Shown: positions 51,869 to 61,528, counted from the stretch's first letter. The stretch: 64,000 nucleotides of DNA from Candidatus Heimdallarchaeota archaeon (GCA_030603365.1 JAUVXV010000001.1:637037-701036), one strand, 5' to 3'. Made by a program: numbers and translations. Notes: generated from the letters alone by a model not told the origin.

Positions 51869-52531
51869 CTAATCACTTTCAAGGTCATGTTCAGCTAGAA
51901 CTGAATGTCCTGCTCTTACTATATCTGAAAGCTTATGGTTTAATTTATACTTTTTGTCTCCCAAAATTTCAACACTTGTGATAGATCCGAACCTAATTGT
52001 ACCGATAACATCTCCTTGCTTTACATAATTTCCTTCCTTAGCATACGCTACTGTTCTCCTAGCGAATATTCCTGAAACCTGTGTTACTATTGCAGTAACT
52101 TTATCCTTCTTGTTTACAATCTCAATCGTATTTCTTTGATTGTTCTTTGTATAATTCAGAAAATACGCTGGCCAGTGTGATCCCTTCTTGAAATTAATAC
52201 TCTTAATCTCACCTTCAATTGGACTTCGAGTCATATGAACATCAAAAGGTGACATTCTTATAACACAGTACATTCCAGTTTCTCTATCTTCATATTTAAC
52301 TATTCTCCCATCAGCTGGAGCAAGAATGTTGTTTTTATCAGTTTCAATTTTTCTTATTGGATCACGAAAAGTCCAAATTAGGAAAACATAGGCAATCACT
52401 ACTAATCCTAAGATAATGAATTGCCAGATGATATCATAAAGGTACCAAAATAGAATTGCTAAGGAGAAACTTACTGCAGTTATAGTTGAAATAATTCCTA
52501 TAATAAAACCTGTACCTTTGGCAATTCCCAT
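51869..52531 (-). CDS. psd: archaetidylserine/phosphatidylserine decarboxylase proenzyme
   Basis: FRDP, APADG, MSPFDVH, RFGS cleavage motif. Confidence 0.92.
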   Translation of the reverse strand: MGIAKGTGFIIGIISTITAVSFSLAILFWYLYDIIWQFIILGLVVIAYVFLIWTFRDPIRKIETDKNNILAPADGRIVKYEDRETGMYCVIRMSPFDVHMTRSPIEGEIKSINFKKGSHWPAYFLNYTKNNQRNTIEIVNKKDKVTAIVTQVSGIFARRTVAYAKEGNYVKQGDVIGTIRFGSITSVEILGDKKYKLNHKLSDIVRAGHSVLAEHDLESD

Positions 52532-52636
52532 GTAATCAACAACTGATTTTCACTGAGTTAAATGAATTTCATTGAAACAAAATTTAAGAATGTTAAAAAT
52601 CTTCTGTTGAAAGAAAAATGAAAAAAGAAAGAAAAC

Positions 52637-55600
52637 TTAACGTTTTCTTCTTATTATAACAACTATTACTGCGACTGAAATCAAACCTAAAAGAATTCCA
52701 ATAGTAGACATTGGACCATCATCGGTTGGTGTTCCAGAACTTGGTGTAGTTGTCTCAACAGGTGTAGATACTTCAGTTAATGGTATGATGAATATTGTTA
52801 AAGCAGAATTACCTGCAGCATCACGAGCATAGACTTCCAGTACATTAATGTCTAAAGTTAGAATACTTGTAAACAGACTGAAAGTTCTCGTTTTACCAGT
52901 TCCCGTCATGTCTATGTTTATACCATTAGCTTCTGCATAAACTGAAACCAGATCTGTGACAGTGTCTTGTATGACGAAATCTAATCTTGCACCTGCTGGT
53001 ACAGTATTATTTACCCAATTAGTTGAATAGGCTAAAGGAGCAGTTACATCATAGAGAATTTGCCCTATATATTTGTCATCTGCACTTGTAACTTTGAATG
53101 TATAAATTGCTTCTGCTGCATAGTTCATACGATAGCTATACATTCCTCCACCATCATCTACTAAAGTCACTGGAAGAGTTGAAACACCAATAGTTAATGT
53201 AGCAGATAATATTGCTGCTGGATCTAGTGATTCAATTGTGAAATCAGCTCCAGTAGCATCTGTAACATAGCTTCCTTGAATCTTCTCATCTGCAGTTAGC
53301 CATTTAAAGATATTTTCAGTGAATACCTCATTCGCAGTTCCTGTATTGTATGAGTTCCGATAACCAGATGTGTCCATGAAGAAGTTCGTTGTTATTGTAA
53401 CTACTCTGCCACCGTTACTATTTTCATGAACAGCAGTCATTCCTTGATCATTATATTCAACAAGAATTTCGGCATTTGCTCCAACAGTCAAATAGGTTCC
53501 ATAATGATCGATATATGAAACTCCATCAGTTACAGCATGTGTTGCTACAACAGTTGCTTTTCTAGCATTACTGAAATCATATAAGTCTGGAGATACGGTG
53601 ATATCAAATGGGGCAAGTAACTGATTGATTCTCGTAATATTATTCCCATCAATAATCGTTTTGCCTACAGATTCTACGAAATACTCACTTAGACCAAGGA
53701 AATCTATTAATAGACCTCCTCCTCCGGCTACAAAGTTTTGAATCGTTAATATCTCACTGTCAGTAATTTCTACATAACCTGAAAGGTCTAGGTTAAGATC
53801 AAATTGTCTGTTGAATGGATCAGGAATCCAAATTGCTTCATATTCGCTAAGTAATTCTTCAGTGATAACATTTGCTTCACCAGTAATATTCCACCATTTA
53901 TATTCGTTGATGGCAAACCCTTTATCTAACAAATCTTCCATTGCTAATCTGTATTGACCAAGGAAATTATCAATTCCCCATTCAGTGAACATCTTTGCAT
54001 AAAGGATCTTACCTTTGCCTTCTTTAACAGTGATTTTGATGTAAGTTTGTGCTGAAACACTGCTTGCAGTTTCAAAAGTGATATATCCTTCATATACCCC
54101 CAGTGTTGCATCATCGGGAATATCGATTAACAGATAGTAGTTTTTAGTCCAAGGACCAGTCAAAGCAGTTGTATTTAGACTAATTATTGAACTTATGTTT
54201 CCTGTTATTGAAGGTGGCAAATCATTCCATGGAGTCGAAGATACAGACTCAACAAACAATTCTGCATGAAATCCTTGAGGAAGTACTTCATAAGTTGTAT
54301 GTGGGTATTCAGGGATAGCCCAAATGATTGCTGGGAATCCAGTAGCATTTGTTGGTGCAGCAAGTACTTTTAGATATGCATCATAGAAGTCAGGGATACC
54401 TGCTCCATAACTCAAGAATGACTGAGTACCTGGGTTAGCAGATTTCATAATTGCTGCTTTAATCAAACCAGGATCATATGTAACTCCTTGATCTTTTAGA
54501 GCATTAATAAGAACAGCTACTCCACCAGCTATGTGAGGAGCTGACATAGATGTACCACTGTACATAACATAAGTGCTAGGACCATCCATTGAACAACTCC
54601 AAATATCTTGTCCAGGTGCGGCAATATCAGGTTTAATGAAACCTTCAGCTGCAGGACCGTTAGAGCTTGCAGCATATACTCCACCTGATTCGTCAGTTCC
54701 AGCGACACTTATTACGTTTGGAGCTGTACTTGGAGCGCCGACAGTGAAGAAACCACTCTGTCCTTCATTACCTGCAGAACATGCAACAACAACACCTTTC
54801 ATGGTTAGTTCTTCGACAGCGATTTCGGTAGCACTCATTCCCTCACTATCTCCACCACCCCAAGAAAGATTTGCTACATCTATACCTACAGTTGGACCGT
54901 AATCTAATGCAGCTAAAGCTCCTAGAGTGTAGATTTCTGGACCAGCTCCACCAACTCTAGCAACTAGTATGCCAGCTTCAGGAGCCATACCAATGTAATT
55001 AGCGTTACCTGAACCATCACCAGTTGCGATACCAGCTGTGTGGGTACCATGACCATTAGAGTCTTCAATGGAGTAATCATTTCCACCATAACCATAAATT
55101 TCTAGCAAGAAAGATTGACTGTTAGCTAAATCAATTCTGCCAGAGAAATCGTTATGATCTGTATAAATACCAGAATCAACATCATAAACAACTGTTGCCC
55201 CACCTTTGTAACCTAAATCCCAAAGAGGTTTAAGGTTAATAAGGTCTCGAGATGTAACTGTATCCATACCATCTGCATCTAAATCAGACATGGATCCAGC
55301 AAATTCCAATTTTGAATTTGTAAGATCAAAAACGTGATCCACGCCTTTTACTTTTTTATAAAGATTTTTTTTGCTTAACAAATCTTCTTCTACGACCATC
55401 TTGAGATTGCTGAAAACTAAGTAGGGAGTATGACTCGATACATAATTATCAAAAGCAGCCTGAGTTTTGAAATGTAAGACAAAAGTACGAACTGAATCAA
55501 CAAAAGGTAATTCTAGTTCTGCTGAGATTTCCTCGATAATATCAACAACAGGACCTTTGTCATTATTTGCTACAGATGTTAAAATCATCATTGAGCTCAT

Positions 55601-55687
55601 TTGTAACATTAAAATGGAAAATAAAAAGACTGTTGAAACAATAATTGCTTTTCGTTTCATAAAAGAAAATAGTAATGACACCTTCAT
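52637..55687 (-). CDS. membrane-anchored S8 subtilase with GATase-like domain
   Basis: VDSG, HGTHTAG, SAGNEG, SGTSMSAPH; Thr/Pro linker; C-terminal TM plus RRKR. Confidence 0.92.
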   Translation of the reverse strand: MKVSLLFSFMKRKAIIVSTVFLFSILMLQMSSMMILTSVANNDKGPVVDIIEEISAELELPFVDSVRTFVLHFKTQAAFDNYVSSHTPYLVFSNLKMVVEEDLLSKKNLYKKVKGVDHVFDLTNSKLEFAGSMSDLDADGMDTVTSRDLINLKPLWDLGYKGGATVVYDVDSGIYTDHNDFSGRIDLANSQSFLLEIYGYGGNDYSIEDSNGHGTHTAGIATGDGSGNANYIGMAPEAGILVARVGGAGPEIYTLGALAALDYGPTVGIDVANLSWGGGDSEGMSATEIAVEELTMKGVVVACSAGNEGQSGFFTVGAPSTAPNVISVAGTDESGGVYAASSNGPAAEGFIKPDIAAPGQDIWSCSMDGPSTYVMYSGTSMSAPHIAGGVAVLINALKDQGVTYDPGLIKAAIMKSANPGTQSFLSYGAGIPDFYDAYLKVLAAPTNATGFPAIIWAIPEYPHTTYEVLPQGFHAELFVESVSSTPWNDLPPSITGNISSIISLNTTALTGPWTKNYYLLIDIPDDATLGVYEGYITFETASSVSAQTYIKITVKEGKGKILYAKMFTEWGIDNFLGQYRLAMEDLLDKGFAINEYKWWNITGEANVITEELLSEYEAIWIPDPFNRQFDLNLDLSGYVEITDSEILTIQNFVAGGGGLLIDFLGLSEYFVESVGKTIIDGNNITRINQLLAPFDITVSPDLYDFSNARKATVVATHAVTDGVSYIDHYGTYLTVGANAEILVEYNDQGMTAVHENSNGGRVVTITTNFFMDTSGYRNSYNTGTANEVFTENIFKWLTADEKIQGSYVTDATGADFTIESLDPAAILSATLTIGVSTLPVTLVDDGGGMYSYRMNYAAEAIYTFKVTSADDKYIGQILYDVTAPLAYSTNWVNNTVPAGARLDFVIQDTVTDLVSVYAEANGINIDMTGTGKTRTFSLFTSILTLDINVLEVYARDAAGNSALTIFIIPLTEVSTPVETTTPSSGTPTDDGPMSTIGILLGLISVAVIVVIIRRKR

Positions 55688-55904
55688 AAATTTTTTTGAT
55701 TCACAGTAAAAAGAATAGAACAGGAAAAAAGAGAAAAAACAGAAGAAAGAATAGTTTCACTAGAGTACAGACGAATTGCCACGCAAAGCTTAAATGTACG
55801 GAAAACAACTAGAATATAGGTGAAAAAATGGGAGAAAAAGTCAAGATAAGATATAAAACCAAAGAGGGAGAAGAAGAGATAGAAATAGAAGAAGAAAGAG
55901 AAGA

Positions 55905-56690
55905 GTGAACTTAACAGAAAAAAGAATAATAGAAATAGATCTGAGTTTTGTGCAACAGTTACCAAAGTTAAAGAAGTTCCTCTTAAGTTATAACGAAATA
56001 GAAGAATTAGATTTATCTCCTTTGGAAAATCTATCTGGATTACACACTCTTTCTTTTGGTTATAATAATATTAAAGAGATAGATTTGTCACCATTAGCAA
56101 AATGCTCAAAACTGGAATGGTTAGCAATAGGTAATAATTTCTTTCCTAGCGTAGATTTATCTCCCCTATCAAAGTGTTTGGAATTTAAAGGACTGGGAAT
56201 AGAAAGTATCCCAAGGAGAAGTCTTAATGAAATAGATTTATCTCCCTTATCTTCTTGTAAGAAACTCCAAACTTTGAAACTCAATTTTAATTCTCTCGAA
56301 CAAATCGATCTTTCTCCTCTCGAAGGATTACAAGATTTCTATCATCTTAATCTATCTGAGAATAAATTGAAATTGGTTGAACTTTCCCCCTTATCACATT
56401 CTAATAATCTTAAAAATTTGATACTCAATAACAACCAATTTTCGATTATTGATTTTTCTCCTCTCAAGAATCTCAGAGAACTCTCTTACATTAACCTATC
56501 ATACAATTCTATAAAACAACTTGTTCTCTCTCCTCTTTCCCATTGTCCCAAGTTTGAAACTTTCCTATTCTCTAACAATCCCTGTTCTTCTCTTGATCTA
56601 TCTTCTTTTCAGGATCATTCCAATCTAAAAAAAGTAAGAGTTGATAAGGACGTTATTGTATCACCCTTATTACCTTCAGTCATTTTTTAA
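55905..56690 (+). CDS. leucine-rich repeat protein (IDLSPL type), probably frameshifted at its N-terminus
   Basis: ~10 repeats of ~22 aa, LxLxxNxIxxIDLSPL; RBS plus ATG at 55828 is in a different frame. Confidence 0.88.
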   Translation: MNLTEKRIIEIDLSFVQQLPKLKKFLLSYNEIEELDLSPLENLSGLHTLSFGYNNIKEIDLSPLAKCSKLEWLAIGNNFFPSVDLSPLSKCLEFKGLGIESIPRRSLNEIDLSPLSSCKKLQTLKLNFNSLEQIDLSPLEGLQDFYHLNLSENKLKLVELSPLSHSNNLKNLILNNNQFSIIDFSPLKNLRELSYINLSYNSIKQLVLSPLSHCPKFETFLFSNNPCSSLDLSSFQDHSNLKKVRVDKDVIVSPLLPSVIF

Positions 56691-56698
56691 TTATCATT

Positions 56699-57985
56699 TC
56701 ATTTTTCTATTCCTTTTCCTGCGAATGCATTTATCCATCTTGAGAATATTCCCATCTTTTCTACTTTTGTTACTTCTCTCATCATTGACAATTCATCTCC
56801 CATCCCATTTACTCTTTTCTCCACCCAATCCCATTCACTCATCGCTTTTACCAGTTCCACTACTATTGGTGTCTCTAGGAAATCTCTTACTCTCTGTCCT
56901 TCTCTCCCGAATAGTGTGTTTGGCATCATTATCTTTGTATCAAAGAAGCTTTCCAGTACTTTTTGGGAATACTCTCCTTCTCCTCCAAATGTTCCTGTTG
57001 TTCTTCTTATTTTCACTTTTACTGGATCTTCGTTGTTGTTTATTGTTGGTATATCTAGTCTGAATACAACTGCTGTTGATGCACTGAATCCGTTTTGCTG
57101 TATCGTTCCTGCTAGCTGTTTTAATGCTTCTATATCTAGTTCTCCCATCCCTCTACTTACATCTAGATTTTGGCTTGTTCTTACCATATCCACTATTATC
57201 TCTCCTATCGTTCTCTCCGCTTTGTACATGAAGTCCATATAGATGAACAATTTCATTGCTGTTGCTAGTTTTGCCGCATCTACTCTTGTTACTAATAATC
57301 CATTTCTATGTAATTCTCCTTCCCCTGTATATTGTTTCATTCCTTTTGTTGGTGAATATGCTTTTTGTATGAACTCTATCGCTTGTTGTATATCCTCTCT
57401 TAATCCTTTTACTTCTAGTATTTTTGCTGTCACTGGATGGTCAATAAATGATAACACTGTTTCGTAATGCTTCAACATTAGATGATTAACCATTGGATTT
57501 CTTCCTCTTTTACTTCCCTTGAATTGGAATGCTGCTGTTGTTTTGATTATATCTATATTCCTGAGTATATCTTTATTATCTAAATCTAGAAATGCTTGGT
57601 ATGGTAAAAAGAAAACCGTAACATCTCCATAAGTTCTTTCTATTTTTATCATTTTATTTTTAACTAGATGATATAATTCTGGATTCTTTGATAACTCGTC
57701 TTTTAGATAATCCCTCATTAGTTCATATTTTATTACGTTGAAATATTCTCTCTTTGATTCATAACCTTCATAAGGAGGTATCATATCATCAAAGTATTTT
57801 TGTAATCTTCTTGTCACTTCTTCCTTTACTTTTATCAACTCTCTATCTAGTATCTGTGTCATTGTTTTCGATTCTGTTACTTTTTGATTTGGTATTGTTA
57901 ATCCTGTTTTGAATATCTCTTTGTAGTAACTTCCTACCATATTTTCTATCTTCTTCATAATCTCTCCACGTTGAAAAATCTCCAT
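56699..57985 (-). CDS. hypothetical protein
   Basis: 428-aa ORF with strongly purine-biased coding strand; no motif recognised. Confidence 0.7.
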   Translation of the reverse strand: MEIFQRGEIMKKIENMVGSYYKEIFKTGLTIPNQKVTESKTMTQILDRELIKVKEEVTRRLQKYFDDMIPPYEGYESKREYFNVIKYELMRDYLKDELSKNPELYHLVKNKMIKIERTYGDVTVFFLPYQAFLDLDNKDILRNIDIIKTTAAFQFKGSKRGRNPMVNHLMLKHYETVLSFIDHPVTAKILEVKGLREDIQQAIEFIQKAYSPTKGMKQYTGEGELHRNGLLVTRVDAAKLATAMKLFIYMDFMYKAERTIGEIIVDMVRTSQNLDVSRGMGELDIEALKQLAGTIQQNGFSASTAVVFRLDIPTINNNEDPVKVKIRRTTGTFGGEGEYSQKVLESFFDTKIMMPNTLFGREGQRVRDFLETPIVVELVKAMSEWDWVEKRVNGMGDELSMMREVTKVEKMGIFSRWINAFAGKGIEK

Positions 57986-58321
57986 AAGAGTATGGATTTC
58001 CTTCTAGTTTATATGGATAAAACATGATAATAGCCAAAATAAGCCCAAGACTAATTTTCTTTATTACACTCATCTACAATATTATTATTAATTCCATATT
58101 TAAACTGCAAATTCCAATGAGAAAATCTAGGATTTCTCCTAGAGTATCTCGGAAGTGGACAGCACTAATGTCGAAAGAAATGTCACGAATGAAAGATGTG
58201 GAAAGATAAATGAATTTTAGGGATTATGCTGTTTTTCTACACTTCTTTTAACTTCTTAAGAGAATTGCAAACTTTTGCTCTATTTCTTTAAAAGCAATTT
58301 TCTGGGATATTCTAGAGATAA

Positions 58322-58388
58322 TGGAGCTAGCTCAATTCTAAAATCGCATTATTGCGACATGATCGAAATGAAGAACATCACTAGCTCC
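58322..58388 (-). ncRNA. putative small RNA, GGAGCUA-stem family copy A
   Basis: 8-bp terminal IR GGAGCTAG/CTAGCTCC; 62/70 identical to 63771-63840; minus-strand TTTTAATA at 58411-58418. Confidence 0.6.
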
Positions 58389-58528
58389 TATCATCTCTCA
58401 TTATTACTTCTATTAAAATCTATTTCCACCAATAAAATTAAGTTAGTATTCTCTCTCGATTCTTCTCTTGTCACAAAGTATTATAGTTCTTTTTTTACCA
58501 AATTCTAGCTATATTTAAGCCACAGTTA

Positions 58529-60064
58529 GTGGTAAAAAAACAAAAAATGATCGAAATGAAAAACAAACAAATAATTAGTATATTATTAACCGCTACAGTT
58601 CTTTTCTCCATTATTATGTTGTTTCCAACATTAGAAGTATGGGGAGAAACTGGTAATTCTGTCACAATACATAGTCCAAATGGAACTACAGAAGTGTTGT
58701 TTTACAACAAATTAACTGTGAATTTCACAGTTGAGAAAGGAGACCCTCCATGGATCTATACTGGTGCTGATATTTATCTCAATAACATAGCTGTTGACTC
58801 AACAACAGATGGTCTGAGCTCTCCTTTTGTCAAAACCTACTATCCTGAAGGTTATGCAGGCACTTACTATGTTCGAGTTACAGCACACTTTGTTAAAGGG
58901 TGGCAAGATACTGAAGATGTTACAACCTCCAAAGGAAACGTAGTTAAGAACTCTGAAGATACATCAGATGTTGATGATTTAAGAATCGACAAACTCCACG
59001 ACTATGAGTCTAACAAAGGCTATTTAGATGGATCTGGTGTTACTATTTGCATCATTGATGATTATCTAAGGTGCGATAACAAAACTAATACTGCTTTTCA
59101 TAAATCTATGTATAAGTCTGGTAAAAATGATTTATACGAAGATCCAGAAAGGAAATTTATAGATATAAAATACTATGAATATAATTTTACTGATCAAGAT
59201 TTTTATGAATACTGGGAACCAGAGACAGATACAAAGGAAGAAAAATGGATAGAATTGTTCGATGAAGGGCAAGGAAATTATTCAACAGACACAGATCTGC
59301 ATGGTACTTATTGTTTTGCTACTTTGCGGCAAATAGCTCCTGCAGCTAACTATATTTTCATTTCAACACGAGATGATGCGGTGAAATTAAACAGCTCAAT
59401 ATATTGGCTATATGAAAATTACCTTACCTTAGGTATAGATATTATTAGTATGTCTGTAGATGGAACTTTGCTCTGGGAACCTATTTTAGAAGAAATAGTA
59501 GCTAATGGAACAATTCCTGTCATTGCAGCTGGAAACGGAGGTTTACAATTTAATAATTCAGAACAAATTATTTATCCCTGTTCTTTGAATTCTGCAATTG
59601 GTGTTACAGGAGTACCCGATAGTGATTACTCTAATGAAACATTAAGATGGAAACAAGAAGACATATTAAATCATGGTTATGGAATAGATATAGCATCAAT
59701 TTCTGAAGCAACAAAATTGGATTGGGAACCAGTTCAAGGTATTGATGAGTTTAGGGGAACAAGTAATGCGTGTCCTCTAGTTGCAGGAACCATTGCTCTT
59801 CTCGAACAATATCAAAATAACTACAAATCAAGTACAGATTTGAATGTAACGATAGTTCAAAATCTTTTTCAGAAAACGGGGGATGCATCTGGAAGCGCTC
59901 CAAGCCAACAAGGCACTACTATAAGTGGCAGTTACGACTGGTTAGCAACAAATTATACCGGATATCCTTATCTAGATCATGTTACGGTTTATTCCGATTA
60001 CAAACTCGGATGGGGGATAATGGATGGTTATGAACTATTTCAGTATTTTAGGAATAATTATTAA
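58529..60064 (+). CDS. secreted divergent S8 subtilase
   Basis: Signal peptide; ICIIDD, LHGTYC, AAGN, GTSNACP; likely start at ATG 58547 or 58556. Confidence 0.85.
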   Translation: MVKKQKMIEMKNKQIISILLTATVLFSIIMLFPTLEVWGETGNSVTIHSPNGTTEVLFYNKLTVNFTVEKGDPPWIYTGADIYLNNIAVDSTTDGLSSPFVKTYYPEGYAGTYYVRVTAHFVKGWQDTEDVTTSKGNVVKNSEDTSDVDDLRIDKLHDYESNKGYLDGSGVTICIIDDYLRCDNKTNTAFHKSMYKSGKNDLYEDPERKFIDIKYYEYNFTDQDFYEYWEPETDTKEEKWIELFDEGQGNYSTDTDLHGTYCFATLRQIAPAANYIFISTRDDAVKLNSSIYWLYENYLTLGIDIISMSVDGTLLWEPILEEIVANGTIPVIAAGNGGLQFNNSEQIIYPCSLNSAIGVTGVPDSDYSNETLRWKQEDILNHGYGIDIASISEATKLDWEPVQGIDEFRGTSNACPLVAGTIALLEQYQNNYKSSTDLNVTIVQNLFQKTGDASGSAPSQQGTTISGSYDWLATNYTGYPYLDHVTVYSDYKLGWGIMDGYELFQYFRNNY

Positions 60065-60186
60065 CCTAATCCTTTTCTTTTTTTTTGTTGAATTATGTCT
60101 TTATTTTGATCATGAAAGTAAAGTATAATTGATATCCTCTGATGTCTCCAAATTGTAATATTTTCCTAGGTGAAACTAGTGGTACT

Positions 60187-60897
60187 TTAGAGCTTCATCT
60201 TTTGTTTATAGAGCTTGTAGGTGGCGGAAATTAGAACTAATGTAAAAAAAACAGCTGATGTTACTTGAGATGTTTTGTTTGTATCTTGTGTTTGTGTAGA
60301 AGTAGGTGTGGGGGTAGAAGTAGTTGTAGGTATGAAAAATATTTCAGTTTCATTGTTGTGTTCATAGATATAAACGATTCTGCTTTCTAGAACATAGATG
60401 CGCATTTTTTCTATAATTACAGGAACAGTAACATAACTGCAATTAGTGTAATCAAACCAGATGATATACTCTCCTAATGGAGGGTACTCATTAACATATT
60501 GATCAACTATAATTACAAACCTATAGAAATCATCATGAATTCCAGGAGTAATAGAGTAGCTACCTTCTACCCATTCAATGATAAATAGTAATTCTGCTTC
60601 TAAGCTATCATCAACCAGATTGGCTTCCAGATATGGAAAAGGATATGGACCACAGGCATAATATACAATGATGTCTGATGAAGTGGGATTCTCAATTTGA
60701 AGAGATATATCAAAACCGAAAGCACTATAATTTTCGTCTTCAAAGATAGATGTTTCAGGAGGGAAACTAGCATCCACCACTCTTATAACTAAATTTTCCT
60801 CATCAGACTGAACTTGTACAGAACCATGAAGAATAAATGAAATAGATAACAAGGTGATTATCAACCACTTCTTCTTACGATTCATTTTCATGCTCAA
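60187..60897 (-). CDS. secreted protein with Thr/Pro linker and C-terminal anchor
   Basis: Signal peptide, PTTTSTPTPT linker, TM plus basic tail. Confidence 0.75.
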   Translation of the reverse strand: MSMKMNRKKKWLIITLLSISFILHGSVQVQSDEENLVIRVVDASFPPETSIFEDENYSAFGFDISLQIENPTSSDIIVYYACGPYPFPYLEANLVDDSLEAELLFIIEWVEGSYSITPGIHDDFYRFVIIVDQYVNEYPPLGEYIIWFDYTNCSYVTVPVIIEKMRIYVLESRIVYIYEHNNETEIFFIPTTTSTPTPTSTQTQDTNKTSQVTSAVFFTLVLISATYKLYKQKMKL

Positions 60898-61065
60898 CTC
60901 TTTTTTATGATTTTGAAAGCATAATATTGGAATCTAATTACTGTTCAATTCTATATACTGCCTTTACTATATAAGAACTATGACAAAAATTATTGTAGAA
61001 CCTAATTTCTTCAACAATTCCCTTTTCCTCATTATGTTTATATACTTTCTTTTCCTTAAATATGT

Positions 61066-61194
61066 GGAGCTACCTTACTAATCAATTGCAGTCTTTCATT
61101 TGCAGTCTTTCGCCAAGACAAAGGGATGAGAACAGACTCAATTGTTAAACACCTGTTATGCTAGGTTTCATTATTTAGCTCCACGTTCTCATCC
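61066..61194 (+). ncRNA. putative structured RNA, GGAGCUA-stem family long variant
   Basis: GGAGCTA/TAGCTCC terminal stem, several nested stems, TTTATATA at 61037-61044. Confidence 0.55.
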
Positions 61195-61273
61195 AAAAGA
61201 ACTATTTTCTTAACTCAGACCTTATTATGTTTTCTCTGTTGTTTTAATACTGAAAAAATTCTAGCTAATCAAG

Positions 61274-61495
61274 ATGAGTGAGTATTCCAATTATAAGCTT
61301 GGCAAGGTTGATCTTGAGACTGAGAAAGCTTATCTTGCTTTTGTGGATAATTTCACTGATAGACCTATCTGGGTTCCTAAGTCTGTTGTTGGTCCTGATA
61401 AGTTTATCAAACAATGGTTCATCGACCTTAAAGATAAGGAACTCAAGGATTTTATGAAACCCAAGAAACAGTCAGACTTAGACCAATTTATCTGA
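61274..61495 (+). CDS. small virus-type hypothetical protein
   Basis: ETEKAYL...IWVPKS pattern typical of small phage/virus beta proteins; T-ending codons. Confidence 0.6.
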   Translation: MSEYSNYKLGKVDLETEKAYLAFVDNFTDRPIWVPKSVVGPDKFIKQWFIDLKDKELKDFMKPKKQSDLDQFI

Positions 61496-61528
61496 TTTTT
61501 ACGTAGTATTTTCTTCTAAGGAAATCAA

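Noticed and set aside
58321-58390. tRNA, box C/D sRNA, Y RNA or integron attC identity for the repeat element
   Set aside because: No cloverleaf; boxes are degenerate (GUGAUGU, UUGA) with no clear C'/D'; no Ro60-binding bulged-C motif; no conserved RYYYAAC/GTTRRRY ends and no integrase in the window.
58275-58508. 77-aa ORF overlapping small RNA copy A
   Set aside because: TTG start, no recognisable features, and not obviously preserved around copy B.
61064-61194. HDV-like ribozyme
   Set aside because: Pseudoknot order is superficially similar on the minus strand, but P3/L3 size and the P1.1 and J4/2 residues do not fit.
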